64,000 nucleotides of DNA from Chthoniobacterales bacterium (GCA_018402585.1 JAGYIO010000002.1:65341-129340); one strand, 5' to 3'; positions 9,323 to 19,322 are shown, counted from the first letter of the stretch. A program made the numbers and translations. Notes: generated by a model from the letters alone, not told the origin.

Positions 9323-10822
9323 TCACACCGTATACGACGATTCGACCCGCGCAGCCACGTCGAGGTAGCCATAATCGACCTCATAGATTTCCTTCATGCA
9401 ATCGAGAGATTTCTCGGCCTGGCCCATCCGCTCGTAGACCAGCCCGAGGTTGTAGAGAATGTCCTTCTTGGTCCCATCCATGCCGGGGATTTCGGAAGCC
9501 GCATCGATTAGGGTCTTGGCCGCCAAGTCGAGCATATTGCGCTCGGTGTAGCATTTGCCGAGCATGTTGAGGGCCTTGGTGCGGGTGTTCGGGTTGCTGC
9601 GCGCCTTTTGCAGTTCGGGAATGGCCTCTTTGTAATGACCGGCCAGCACCATCTGTTCGCCCAACTCGAAGCGGTATTGCAGGTCGGTCGGGTTGCGGTC
9701 GACCCGTTTGCGGGCCTCGCCCAGCATTTGTTCGGCCTTAGCCCGTCGTAATTCGACGAGTTCGGCCCGCAGGGCCTCGGCTTCGGGACTGTCGGGCGCC
9801 ATCGTCGCGAGTTCCTTCTCTTTCGTCGCGATCGCCCCGGAAATTTTGCGCACTTCGGTATCGCTGATCTTGCGGAGCAAACCGGGATCGGTGTCATTGG
9901 CCAAAGAGGAGAGGTAGCGGTAATACTCCAGCGCCTTGTCGTATTCCTCCCCGGCGTAGTAGGTATCGGCCAGCTTGCGCGCAGCTTCGCGGTCGGGATT
10001 GCCGGCTTCATGCGACTCGTAAACCAAGCGGGCCAAGTCCTCGGCGGATTCTCCCACCGTGACCACCTTCTCTTCCGCGCCTCCCTGTTGCCGTTGTTTG
10101 ACCAGTTCGGCGAAAGTGGAGGTACCCAGTTTCCCGCGCTGCATGGAACGGCGGGCCGCAGCCTCCTTCGCTTTGTCCCGCGCATCGAGATCCTTGGGGT
10201 TGCGCCGCAGAATTTCGTCATAGGCTTTCGAGGCCTCGTCGTAATCCTCAATGCGCATGAGGTAATCACCAAGTTCATGGCGTACTTTGGTATTTTTCGG
10301 ATCCAGGCCGGCGGTCTCGAGGGCAAAACGAGCAATGCTTTCGAAGACCCGGGTTTTGTCCAGAGCGGCGTCCAAACGGCGGGCTGCACCTTCCTTGCTT
10401 TCCTCCGGCGAGGTATCAAATTCTGTTTGAGCCAACTCCATTTCCGCCCGGGAGGCAGCCGCGGCCGCGGCCGCGGCCAAGTGTAATTCCTTGTTCGGCT
10501 GCGCACCCGTCGGGTCGCCCTCCAAACCCTTCTCCGCCTCGGCGAGGGCCGCCCGGAAATCGCCGGTCTCGATTAATTTTTTGACCTTTCCGCGGCCGAG
10601 GGAAAGTCCGCCCCCGGAGAACCCGAGGAAACTTACTTTCCCTTTCGCACGCATGACCTGCGCCTCGCGCAAAAGCTTGCGGCCGGCCAAAAATTCCGGT
10701 TCGTCCGCGACAAGAGGTCCGAGCATCGAGACGACCAATCCGTGGTTGCCCAATTCCAAAGCGCTCAAAGCTTTGAGGTAAGCGTTGCGTTTGGCCAGGG
10801 GGAGGTCTTTTTCGGTCTTCAC
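9323..10822 (-). CDS. tetratricopeptide repeat protein
   Basis: 499 aa with repeated TPR-like helical pairs (for example AEKSLDCMKEIYEVDYGYLDVAARV and YDKALEYYRYLSSL). Confidence 0.75.
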   Translation of the reverse strand: MKTEKDLPLAKRNAYLKALSALELGNHGLVVSMLGPLVADEPEFLAGRKLLREAQVMRAKGKVSFLGFSGGGLSLGRGKVKKLIETGDFRAALAEAEKGLEGDPTGAQPNKELHLAAAAAAAASRAEMELAQTEFDTSPEESKEGAARRLDAALDKTRVFESIARFALETAGLDPKNTKVRHELGDYLMRIEDYDEASKAYDEILRRNPKDLDARDKAKEAAARRSMQRGKLGTSTFAELVKQRQQGGAEEKVVTVGESAEDLARLVYESHEAGNPDREAARKLADTYYAGEEYDKALEYYRYLSSLANDTDPGLLRKISDTEVRKISGAIATKEKELATMAPDSPEAEALRAELVELRRAKAEQMLGEARKRVDRNPTDLQYRFELGEQMVLAGHYKEAIPELQKARSNPNTRTKALNMLGKCYTERNMLDLAAKTLIDAASEIPGMDGTKKDILYNLGLVYERMGQAEKSLDCMKEIYEVDYGYLDVAARVESSYTV

Positions 10823-10869
10823 AGGTGACCGGGAAAACTACCAGTTCCCGAGTTGCGGTGCAATCCGTC

Positions 10870-11937
10870 TCAAGCGGCCGGCGTGTCGGGGTAGCTGCCG
10901 AGGATGCGGGTGAAAGCGCAGACCAGGGCAAGGTCCGCCAAGGCCGCGGCCAACTCCGCTCCTTCGGCATGGCCGGCCAGATCGGCGAAAAAGTAATATT
11001 CCCAGGCCTGACGCTTGGATGGACGGCTCTCGATACGGGTCAGGCTGATGCCGGCCTGCTCGAACGGCGCGAGGGCTTTGGCCAGTGCGCCGGGTTGGTC
11101 CTTGACCGCGAACATAACCGAAGTTTTGTCGTGGCCCGAGGGGGGCGCGGATTTTCGCCCGATGACAAAAAACCTCGTCACATTGCTCGACGAATCCTGG
11201 ATCGCAGAAGCGAGTAAGGGCAAAGCGAACTCCTCACCGGCCAGACCGCTGGCCAAGGCCGCCGCGCCTTCCTCCGCCGTCGCCAATTCCGCGGCCCGTG
11301 CCGTGCTTGAGACCTCGACACATTCGACCGCCGGAAGATGTTCGGCCAGCCACCGCCGGCATTGGCCGAACGGCTGGGGATGCGAATAGACCCGGCGCAC
11401 CTCGCTGAGGGGTCCGCGCCCGAGCAAATCCAGCTCCACGGGCAAAAAAACCTGGGCACAAATCCGCACCTCGCTCTCCATGAAGCGATCGAGTGTGGCA
11501 TTGACCGACCCTTCTTGGGAATTTTCGATCGGCACCACACCGTAATGTGCACGCCCGCGTTCCACCGCCTCGAAAACTTCCCCGATACTGCGTTCGGGGC
11601 ATAGTTCAACCGCGCTGCCGAAGTGGCGCGCCGCCGCCTGGTGGCTGAAGGTCGCGCGCGGTCCGAGATACGCCACCTTGATCGTCTGCTCGAGCGCGCG
11701 CATCGAGGAGAGGATTTCGCGGTAAATGGCGCGCAAGCCCGCTTCCGGCAGGCGGCTCTCGTTCAGCCCGACCAAGCGGCGCAGAAGATTCTCCTCACGC
11801 TCCGGGGCGTAGTAAGAGTCACCACTCTTCTCTTTGACCCGGCCAACCTGTTCGACGAGGTCGGACCGTTCCCGCAAGAGCCGAAGGATCCGGTCGTCCA
11901 CCCTGTCGATTGCGGCCCGCAATTGTTCCAGCGTCAT
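10870..11937 (-). CDS. pheA: bifunctional chorismate mutase / prephenate dehydratase
   Basis: 355 aa with an N-terminal CM_2 domain (LEQLRAAIDRVDDRILRLLRERSDLV), a PDT domain and an ACT domain (TRFFVIGR, ESRP). It overlaps the scpB stop by 4 nt. Confidence 0.92.
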   Translation of the reverse strand: MTLEQLRAAIDRVDDRILRLLRERSDLVEQVGRVKEKSGDSYYAPEREENLLRRLVGLNESRLPEAGLRAIYREILSSMRALEQTIKVAYLGPRATFSHQAAARHFGSAVELCPERSIGEVFEAVERGRAHYGVVPIENSQEGSVNATLDRFMESEVRICAQVFLPVELDLLGRGPLSEVRRVYSHPQPFGQCRRWLAEHLPAVECVEVSSTARAAELATAEEGAAALASGLAGEEFALPLLASAIQDSSSNVTRFFVIGRKSAPPSGHDKTSVMFAVKDQPGALAKALAPFEQAGISLTRIESRPSKRQAWEYYFFADLAGHAEGAELAAALADLALVCAFTRILGSYPDTPAA

Positions 11938-12620
11938 CTCGCCTCCTCACTCAGGGCGGTTTCCGCCGGCGGAGTTGCCTCCGTGCCATTGGTCGCCGGA
12001 ACTTCGTCCAGCGGGAGAACTGGTTGCGCCTCACTTTGCCCGGCGACCGGAAGTTCCACCCGGCGCAATTCCGCACAATTGGGCAACTCGTCGAGCGAGC
12101 GCAAAGCAAAATGCTCGAGAAAAAATTCTGTCGTGCCGTAGAGCAAAGGTCGACCCGGAACATCGGCGCGACCGGCAATCCGGACGACCCCGCGTTCGAG
12201 CAGGGTCTGCATCACCCCATCCACATTGACCCCGCGCACCACTTCGATGTCGGCCCGCGTGATCGGTTGCCGGTAGGCGACCAGAGCGAGGGTCTCGAGG
12301 GCCGAAGGACTCAAGCGCGACGGCCGGTTCTCCGGAAAAAGTTGCCGCACCCAAGGTGCCGTTTCGGGTGCGGTGACAACCTTCCAACCCGCACCGCTCT
12401 CGATCAGGCGGAACCCGCGTTGCTCCGCGGCATAAGCGGCAGCCAGTTCGCCCAGCGCGAGGGCCACTTCAGCCGGCTTGCACTTGGCCAAATCCGCCAG
12501 GTCGACATTTTCCCCCGCGGCCTCGACCGCGCCCTTGAAATGCTTGACACATTCCGCCGGACTCATCGGTTTGTCGGAGGCGAAGAGCAGGGCTTCAAGG
12601 ACACGGAAAAGCGGACTCAT
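11934..12620 (-). CDS. scpB: segregation and condensation protein B
   Basis: 228 aa. LEALLFASDKPMS and YRQPITRADIEVVRGVNVDGVMQTLLERGVV are typical ScpB motifs. Confidence 0.9.
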   Translation of the reverse strand: MSPLFRVLEALLFASDKPMSPAECVKHFKGAVEAAGENVDLADLAKCKPAEVALALGELAAAYAAEQRGFRLIESGAGWKVVTAPETAPWVRQLFPENRPSRLSPSALETLALVAYRQPITRADIEVVRGVNVDGVMQTLLERGVVRIAGRADVPGRPLLYGTTEFFLEHFALRSLDELPNCAELRRVELPVAGQSEAQPVLPLDEVPATNGTEATPPAETALSEEAR

Positions 12621-12715
12621 AAAGGTTGTAAATGATTTGCCATTTGGCGCAGCGCAGCAACAAGGAAAAAGCCCTCACGCCATGCCTCTGCCCCTCTCCA
12701 GACCCGATACCACCG

Positions 12716-13498
12716 CTAATCGCCGGCCAAATTCCGCTCCGGTACCACGGCAAGGCCCCGCCGCCGGAGCATGATTGCCCCGAACGCCCCCTCCTGCTCG
12801 ACCGAGACATGCCGCAGGCGCACCAACTCGAGCAGAGCGAGGAAAGTGGCCACCACTTCGCTGCGCGTGGCCTGTCCGGCGAACAGTTCCTCAAAGCTCA
12901 ACTCCTCCTTCACCGCTAAAATTTTCAAGAGGTATTCGATTTTTTCCGACACCGTAAAGCGGTCGGCCTCGATTTCCCCCTCGGCCCCTTTTTGTTTTTC
13001 GAGGCGCGTGAGCACCCGCTGGAAGGCGGCAATGAGGTCGAGCGTACCGACCTCGCCGGCCAGCAAGGTCGCACCTCCATCGACCGGCGGTGCAGAAGGG
13101 GTGCGACCGAAAAGTTTCAGGGCAAACTCCTCACGGTCGCACAAATCGCGGGCTGCTTCCTTGAATTTTTTGTATTCAATAAGCTGCCGGATCAGTTCCC
13201 AACGCGGATCCTCCTCCTCACCTTCTTCGTCGACCGGGCCCTGCAAATCAACCGGGAGCAGCGTGCGGCTTTTGAGGTAGAGCAGGTTCGCGGCCATGAC
13301 GATGAACTCGCCCCCGATCTCGAGATCAACCGACTCCATTTGCTCAAGGTACTCGAGGTATTGCCGTGTGATGCGCTCGATGGCGATGTGATAAATATCC
13401 ACCTCGTCCTTGCGCACGAGGTAGAGCAGGAGGTCGAGAGGCCCCTCGAAAATATCGAGTTTGACCTTGTATGCGGTATCGGCCACGGCCGTGCTCAA
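12716..13498 (-). CDS. scpA: segregation and condensation protein A
   Basis: 260 aa with a TTG start. FEGPLDLLLYLVRKDEVDIYHIAIERITRQYLEYL is typical ScpA. Confidence 0.9.
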   Translation of the reverse strand: MSTAVADTAYKVKLDIFEGPLDLLLYLVRKDEVDIYHIAIERITRQYLEYLEQMESVDLEIGGEFIVMAANLLYLKSRTLLPVDLQGPVDEEGEEEDPRWELIRQLIEYKKFKEAARDLCDREEFALKLFGRTPSAPPVDGGATLLAGEVGTLDLIAAFQRVLTRLEKQKGAEGEIEADRFTVSEKIEYLLKILAVKEELSFEELFAGQATRSEVVATFLALLELVRLRHVSVEQEGAFGAIMLRRRGLAVVPERNLAGD

Positions 13499-13842
13499 TT
13501 CCCGCGTTTGCGCCGCTCGGCCGCCAGTTGCGTCTTGTGCTTCTTCGCAGTGACCAGACGCGTCTTGCGCTTGCGCAATTGGCGGGAAAGTTTGTCCATG
13601 ACCAGATCAATGGCCGCGTAGAGGTCGGCTTTGCGGTCCTCGGCGTGCAGGTCGGGTCCCGGCACGGCCAAGTGGATCTTGACCACATAGTTGCTCTTTT
13701 TTTTCGACTCGTCGTGCATCAGGACGACGTGGGCCGCGATGATCTGATCTGACTGGTTGTCAAGGTGCGCCAGTTTGTTCACCACATAAGAATTAATCGC
13801 GCCGGTGAGCACAAGGTGTCGGGGACTCAAATGAATGTGCAT
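13495..13842 (-). CDS. hpf: ribosome hibernation promoting factor / ribosome-associated inhibitor
   Basis: Start taken at MHIHLSPRHLVLTGAINSYV (residue 13 of ORF 13495..13878). DLYAAIDLVMDKLSRQLRKRK is the sigma-54 modulation/HPF signature. Confidence 0.85.
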   Translation of the reverse strand: MHIHLSPRHLVLTGAINSYVVNKLAHLDNQSDQIIAAHVVLMHDESKKKSNYVVKIHLAVPGPDLHAEDRKADLYAAIDLVMDKLSRQLRKRKTRLVTAKKHKTQLAAERRKRGN

Positions 13843-13888
13843 ATGATCCAATAAACCATCCCCCGACCCGGCGGCCAATCCGAATCAG

Positions 13889-14386
13889 TCAGGTCTCCAC
13901 CCCAGCTTCGGCCAGTATGACCTGCGCCGCGGCACGGAACTTTTCCTTGTTGCGCTTCCCCTTGATCGAGAGGAGGGCATTGTCCCGCATCGTGCGGGCC
14001 GAATCCGCATCACGGTAAACGCGAAGCCAGATCTCCATCATGCGCAGATGCGGGGCAATTTCCGCGCGGTGCTCCGCGGCAAGGGCCGCATAGGCCGCCA
14101 AGGCCCCCGGGTAATCTTCCGCCGCCATCCGGCTTTCCGGAATGCTATACATCGGTTGCGGGTGCGCGTGACGGTCGCCGGGCATAAATAAGCCGGAGAC
14201 CCAATCGCCGAGCACCCCGGCCAGCGGTTTGGCCATGGCGATCGCCGCAACGATGAGCGCGGCATGGGCGGCGAGAATGAGGGGCATTCCGTCAGCCAGT
14301 CCTTTTTCCTGACCTTTCGTCCCCAGCCACCACCAAGCCGCCGCGCAAAGCGCCAACCCCGCCGTCCGCAGGATCATCCCGGTCAT
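13889..14386 (-). CDS. hypothetical membrane protein
   Basis: Start taken at MTGMILRTAGLALCAAAWWW. The upstream half of track ORF 13889..14896 is antisense to the well-supported DUF1015 gene. The protein has two TM segments and a helical C-terminus. Confidence 0.5.
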   Translation of the reverse strand: MTGMILRTAGLALCAAAWWWLGTKGQEKGLADGMPLILAAHAALIVAAIAMAKPLAGVLGDWVSGLFMPGDRHAHPQPMYSIPESRMAAEDYPGALAAYAALAAEHRAEIAPHLRMMEIWLRVYRDADSARTMRDNALLSIKGKRNKEKFRAAAQVILAEAGVET

Positions 14387-14470
14387 GGCTAGGAAACTGC
14401 CAGACCGGCCGGCCGAGGGCAAATATTCCGTTTGCCTCCGGGCCCCGCTTTTGTTGCCGTATCCCTTCTC

Positions 14471-15688
14471 ATGCGTATCCGTGCTTTCCAAGGACTCATC
14501 CCGCGAACCGACCTGGCCGCCCAACTGGCTTCGCCTCCTTATGACGTGCTCGACACGGCAGAGGCCCGGACTATCCTTGCGACCCATCCAGGCAGCTTCC
14601 TCCGCGTCGCGCGGGCCGAGGCCACCCTGCCGGAGGGCGTGAACCCCTACGGCGCGGAAGTCTACGAGCAGGCCCGGCGTAATTTCGGGCAGTTGCAAAA
14701 AGAGGGCGAACTGGTGCGCGAGGACGGACCGCAGATTTACCTCTACCGCCAGATGATGAACGGCCACGCCCAGACCGGCATCACCGCCGTCTGCCATGCG
14801 GACGACTACACGGCGGGATTGATCAAGAAACACGAGAAGACGCGGCCGGAGAAAGAAGACGACCGCGTGCGGCTCAACGACACGCTCTCCGCCCACATCG
14901 AACCGGTGTTCCTCGCTTTCGAATCAACCCCGGAAATTGCCGCGCTGATCGAGAAAGCGTCCGAAACCATGCCACTTTTCGATTTTACCGCCCCCGATGG
15001 CGTGCAACACACATTCTGGCGCATGCCCGACGCGGCCGCCGTAACCCGTGCTTTCGGCCCGGTGGCGCACTCTTACATAGCGGACGGACACCACCGTTCG
15101 GCCGGCGCGGCGCGCCTCGGCCTGGCCCGGCGGGAGGCGAATCCGGAGCACAGCGGAGAGGAAGACTACAATTGGTTCCCCGCCGTGATGTTCCCGCAGG
15201 ACCAGTTGCAAATCTTGCCCTACAACCGCCTGATCACCGACCTCAACGGGTTGCATCCCGAAGAATTTCTCGTCCGGGTAGGTCATGCCTGCCGCTTGTC
15301 GCCCTCGGCACCGCCGGTGCCGGCCAACCCCGGTCAGGTCTCAATGTACCTCGGAGGTCATTGGCTCGGCTTGGACTTCGACTTTCCGGCTCAGGCTGAT
15401 CCGGCCTCGCGTCTGGATGTCAGCCTCCTGCAGGACAATATCCTCGCCCCCATCCTCGGGATCGACGACCCGCGGACGAGCAAACGGATCAATTTCGTCG
15501 GCGGGATCCGGGGCACGGACTTTCTGCGCGCCGCGGTGGACGCCAAGCGGGCATCCGTCGCTTTTTCACTGCATGCCGTGACCATGCGCCAGCTGATGGA
15601 GATCGCCGACGCCGGACAAATCATGCCGCCGAAAAGCACCTGGTTCGAGCCGAAGCTTCGCTCCGGGCTCTTCATCCACACCTTCTGA
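14471..15688 (+). CDS. DUF1015 domain-containing protein
   Basis: Start taken at MRIRAFQGLIP. LASPPYDVLD and YIADGHHR are family-typical motifs. Confidence 0.85.
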   Translation: MRIRAFQGLIPRTDLAAQLASPPYDVLDTAEARTILATHPGSFLRVARAEATLPEGVNPYGAEVYEQARRNFGQLQKEGELVREDGPQIYLYRQMMNGHAQTGITAVCHADDYTAGLIKKHEKTRPEKEDDRVRLNDTLSAHIEPVFLAFESTPEIAALIEKASETMPLFDFTAPDGVQHTFWRMPDAAAVTRAFGPVAHSYIADGHHRSAGAARLGLARREANPEHSGEEDYNWFPAVMFPQDQLQILPYNRLITDLNGLHPEEFLVRVGHACRLSPSAPPVPANPGQVSMYLGGHWLGLDFDFPAQADPASRLDVSLLQDNILAPILGIDDPRTSKRINFVGGIRGTDFLRAAVDAKRASVAFSLHAVTMRQLMEIADAGQIMPPKSTWFEPKLRSGLFIHTF

Positions 15689-15708
15689 GGGTTGCCTTCC
15701 GGCTGCCC

Positions 15709-15775
15709 GGTGGATCGCGATGTCCCTATCGCGATTTCCCCAGTGACATATCGCGCCGGGACGGCGCGATCCACC
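15709..15775. repeat. palindromic intergenic unit with 11-bp terminal inverted repeat GGTGGATCGCG (copy 1 of 2)
   Basis: GGTGGATCGCG...ATATCGCGCCGGGACGGCGCGATCCACC. A second copy in the same orientation lies at 59574..59635. Confidence 0.7.
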
Positions 15776-15816
15776 TTTCCCAGACAACACGGCCGTGCCC
15801 CCCGACTTAAGACGCG

Positions 15817-16386
15817 CTACCGCAGCCTTCCGTAAGCGACAAGCCGGCCCTTCTTTTTGAAGAGCCCGAGAAATCCGCCGTGGCCGCCATAGACCACGCG
15901 CGGTTGCAATTGATACACCCCGACCCCGCGCGAGCTTTGCGAGCCGACCATGAGCAATTCTCCGCGGGCACCGCGTCCGAGGTAGACCATGACATGGGTG
16001 ACCGGCGGCTTGCGCCGCGGCTTGTAGGTGTGTTCCCAGAAAAGCAAATCTCCGGGCTGCAGCCGCTTGGCCCACCATCCGGATTCTGGCACACCGCCGA
16101 AAATTCCGCCCACCCGCCGCAACTTTCCCCGCGAGCGCACATATTGGTATTGCTCGGACGCGGTGCGCGGTAGCTCGACCCCACGGGTCTGCCAGAGCAG
16201 ATACCGCGCGGTATTCGAGCAGTCCATCGCCCAAGCGGTCTTCCCACCCGGGGGCACGAGGGCACCGCCATACCTGATCCCCTGCTCCTTGAGGGCGAAA
16301 GCTAGTGCCCTTAAATCCTGGTCAGCCCGCAAGTCCGCCGCGGGGCAAAGGAAGACAGTTGTCAAAACAAGCACACAGCGAAACAT
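15817..16386 (-). CDS. NlpC/P60 family (C40) peptidase
   Basis: 189 aa with a signal peptide, the catalytic Cys context AMDCSNTARYL, and later GDLLFWEH..THVMVYLG. Confidence 0.85.
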   Translation of the reverse strand: MFRCVLVLTTVFLCPAADLRADQDLRALAFALKEQGIRYGGALVPPGGKTAWAMDCSNTARYLLWQTRGVELPRTASEQYQYVRSRGKLRRVGGIFGGVPESGWWAKRLQPGDLLFWEHTYKPRRKPPVTHVMVYLGRGARGELLMVGSQSSRGVGVYQLQPRVVYGGHGGFLGLFKKKGRLVAYGRLR

Positions 16387-16478
16387 GACCTTTTCTATAC
16401 GGACGCCCGGGGGATTTGTCGAACGGACCGCGAATCACCTTCGCGGGAAGAGCTTTGCTGTGCTAAATTCTCCGCTCC

Positions 16479-17102
16479 ATGCCGAAGAAGACGTGCAACT
16501 CCGTCATGGCCGCCGCGGGCCTCGCCATGCTTCTTTCCGCCTCGGGCTGCGAAACGGTGCCACTCGAGCCGTCGCCCGATTTCTTCGGCAACACGGTGAT
16601 TGCGAGGGACTACGCCCAGTTCTTCCGGCTCGGGCCGCAACAGGCCGGCGGGGCGGACTTGAGTCTGCGCACCGGCAAATTTGTCATGCTGCAGCGCAAG
16701 GAATTCGGCTACAGCCGCGTGCAACTGGCAGACGGACAAGTCGGTTATATGGCGAATGAAGACCTGCAACCGGCACCACCGGCACCACGTCGTCAGCGCG
16801 GGCTCCGTTCGGCCGCGACCAATCACGGATCCCGCGACGACCCAACGCGACGCAGCCAGCGCAGTGCGCAGACTGGTAATGCAGAGGTCTTCGACCAGAT
16901 CGCACTGCCCGATCCCAATCTCGATATCATGCCCGAGGACGTGCCGCTCGAACCGCTGCCCGAACTCATTCCCGCCCCGGTCGACCAGCCGGCCCGCGCG
17001 CCGATCAAAATTCCCCGGCCCGATCCCGCCCCGCTTGCCCCGGCCCTCGAAAGTATCCCGGTCCCCGAGGCGGCCCCTCCGCCGGTTTCCACCTCGATGT
17101 GA
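16479..17102 (+). CDS. lipoprotein with SH3-like domain and Pro-rich tail
   Basis: 207 aa. It has a lipobox (LLSASGC), then GYSRVQLADGQVGYMANEDL resembling a bacterial SH3 domain, then a P-rich low-complexity C-terminus. Confidence 0.6.
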   Translation: MPKKTCNSVMAAAGLAMLLSASGCETVPLEPSPDFFGNTVIARDYAQFFRLGPQQAGGADLSLRTGKFVMLQRKEFGYSRVQLADGQVGYMANEDLQPAPPAPRRQRGLRSAATNHGSRDDPTRRSQRSAQTGNAEVFDQIALPDPNLDIMPEDVPLEPLPELIPAPVDQPARAPIKIPRPDPAPLAPALESIPVPEAAPPPVSTSM

Positions 17103-17271
17103 ATTTTCCCCGCTTGACCTATTCTTCACCAAAGGGCGTGGAGAGGTTGGAGGGCGCAGTCACCCCAAAAGCGAGTCAGGTCAAGAGTACCAATCGCTCC
17201 TGCCCAGTACCCCGACTTCCACCCGGTGTCTCCGTTCGCCGCAGCGGAGTCCGGGACTATTCCCTCCGATT

Positions 17272-18546
17272 TTAGGATGATTCGAGGGCCTTTTTGACCG
17301 CTGACTCTTCCGCCTCGACCATCCGGGCCCAATTTGCGCGGTACTCGGGATCGTAACGCTGATCCATCAGGTCAACCAAAGCCCGCCGCCGCGTGATCAA
17401 CTCGTCCAGCGCCGGGCCCATTTCTTCTTGCGTCTCGCGCAGCACGCGAAGAGCCGCCGCTTCGCGGTCCCACAAACCACCGAACGATCCGGTAAATTCG
17501 ACCGCCGAGTTCGGCTCATCGCGCTCGCTCGGATGGTAAATATCTTCCGGTGGTGGTCGTTCTCCGAGGAGGCGTGGGGCGATGTGGATGTTGGCCATGA
17601 TGCCCTCGCGGTATTTCTGCCGTGCACCTTGGTCATCTCCTTCGAGACAAAGGGTGAGTCCCCAGGCGAAATTAAGCCAGGCGTGCGGCATATCACCCGG
17701 ATAACGGGTAGCATAGTACCGGAAAAACAAAGAGGCCTCCTCGCTTTCGCCGGCCAAGAGCAGGAAAAGAGGAAGGTAAAACCGTGCTCCCATATGATCG
17801 TCCGGATCGGTCTCGAGCAAATTATGACCCATCTCGGCCGCCTCGGCCGCCCGCCCCAGATGCCATTGGCAGAGCATCGTGCCAAACAGTGCGCGGAGCA
17901 GTGGCCGCGTCGTCTGATCGGTCCACCATTGGACCGCGCGCCGCCGGAGCAATGGACGTTCGAGCTCCCTGATCTGTACGGACAGCTCCAAACTCTGCTC
18001 ATAACGTCCGGCCTGGAATTCCAGCTCGGCGAGTTCCACCCGGGCCGCCGTGCAGGCCGGGTCGATTTCCATCGCTTTCTCCAGAGTGGAACGCCGTTTG
18101 CCGGGCGAACGCAGGCGGGGTAAATTGCGCATCAGACCCTCGGCCAGCGCGGACTTGGAAAGAGAAGGTGCCCGCGGATTCTCCCCGGAGAAACCGGCCA
18201 ATTCAGACTGCAGTCTGGCTTCGTGCGGGGGAGGATTGACCAGCTTCACTTTTGTTTTCCAGTCACGTCCGAAATATTTCCACTCCTCCAAAACCCACTC
18301 CGGGGCCTTCCAGACCGACAATTGGTCTGGCACACCGAGCTCGTCGAAGTGGTGCGCCAGCCATTCCTCCGTTTCCACCTGGTCGAGTTCGTGAAAAATA
18401 GTCGGCGGCGCGAGGGGTTCAAAGGTGGGACCGACCAGGAGCAGAATGGTCGGCAAGAAAAAATCTTTCTCCACGGGCAAAGGTTCGGGCAGATCCACCC
18501 AACACAAGGACCAGACCGCAGGAGCACTTTTCAACGGTTGGATCAT
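17272..18546 (-). CDS. hypothetical protein with TPR-like helical C-terminal half
   Basis: Start taken at MIQPL, which gives an ATGA overlap with the upstream exonuclease stop codon. I recognise no family. Confidence 0.55.
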   Translation of the reverse strand: MIQPLKSAPAVWSLCWVDLPEPLPVEKDFFLPTILLLVGPTFEPLAPPTIFHELDQVETEEWLAHHFDELGVPDQLSVWKAPEWVLEEWKYFGRDWKTKVKLVNPPPHEARLQSELAGFSGENPRAPSLSKSALAEGLMRNLPRLRSPGKRRSTLEKAMEIDPACTAARVELAELEFQAGRYEQSLELSVQIRELERPLLRRRAVQWWTDQTTRPLLRALFGTMLCQWHLGRAAEAAEMGHNLLETDPDDHMGARFYLPLFLLLAGESEEASLFFRYYATRYPGDMPHAWLNFAWGLTLCLEGDDQGARQKYREGIMANIHIAPRLLGERPPPEDIYHPSERDEPNSAVEFTGSFGGLWDREAAALRVLRETQEEMGPALDELITRRRALVDLMDQRYDPEYRANWARMVEAEESAVKKALESS

Positions 18547-19115
18547 GCCGCAACACAATCCCGGGCTGGCGTGCCCCAGTCCACCGCGACGCCACGCTTG
18601 CGACCCAACCGGTCATGATAAAAGACCTCGCCATGGGACATACCGTATTCATGGACCAGGCGCGTTACCTTCACGTCGAAGCAACAATAACGGGCCACCT
18701 CAAGCTTACGCCCTTGACGCCACCACTTGATCGCGTCAAGTCCGTCCGCCGTCTTCCCGCAACCCAGGGTCGACTGCGACACGGCGTCCAACCCGATGCG
18801 GTGACCGATTTTTTGCTCGAGCGAAACCATCAGGTCGAGGGTCGGCACACTATGCGCCAGATCCATCACGGTGTAGCCCATCAGCACCTCGTAATCGAAA
18901 TTGATCAAATTGAATCCGACGACCAGATCCGCGCGCTGCAACTGCCCGACCAATTCGTGCACCTGTTTTTCCCCGTAGACCGCATATTTTCCGGTGCCTG
19001 AGCTGTAGGTGGCACCCACCGTCATGCCCATAGCGGCTTTTTTGTCCCAGCCCCCCGCATCATTTGCCGTCCGTTGGGTCTCCAGATCGAAATAAACAAT
19101 ATCCGCCATGGCCAT
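18543..19115 (-). CDS. RNase H-like / DEDDy 3'-5' exonuclease domain protein
   Basis: Start taken at MAMADIVYFDLETQ (Exo I DxE). FNLINFDYEVL is Exo II and YCCFDVKV is Exo III (Yx3D). Confidence 0.75.
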   Translation of the reverse strand: MAMADIVYFDLETQRTANDAGGWDKKAAMGMTVGATYSSGTGKYAVYGEKQVHELVGQLQRADLVVGFNLINFDYEVLMGYTVMDLAHSVPTLDLMVSLEQKIGHRIGLDAVSQSTLGCGKTADGLDAIKWWRQGRKLEVARYCCFDVKVTRLVHEYGMSHGEVFYHDRLGRKRGVAVDWGTPARDCVAA

Positions 19116-19241
19116 TCTTTCTACCCGCCCGTCCGCCGCGGCACAAGATCCACCCTGCACGCAAGTCTCAAACTCGTCTTGCCTTGGCCCCCTTCCCGCT
19201 TGAGCCCATGCCCCGGGTGCGCTTTATTGCCTCTGCACCAA

Positions 19242-19315
19242 GCACCCGTAGCTCAACCGGATAGAGCGCTGGCCTCCGAAGCCAGAGGTTGTGGGTTCGA
19301 CCCCCGCCGGGTGCA
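19242..19315 (+). tRNA. tRNA-Arg (anticodon CCG)
   Basis: A cloverleaf folds by hand. The acceptor stem is GCACCCG/CGGGTGC, the D arm GCTC..GAGC, and the anticodon stem CTGGC/GCCAG with loop CTCCGAA. The T arm is GTGGG-TTCGACC-CCCGC and the discriminator is A. No CCA is encoded. Confidence 0.9.
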
Positions 19316-19322
19316 ATGACGC

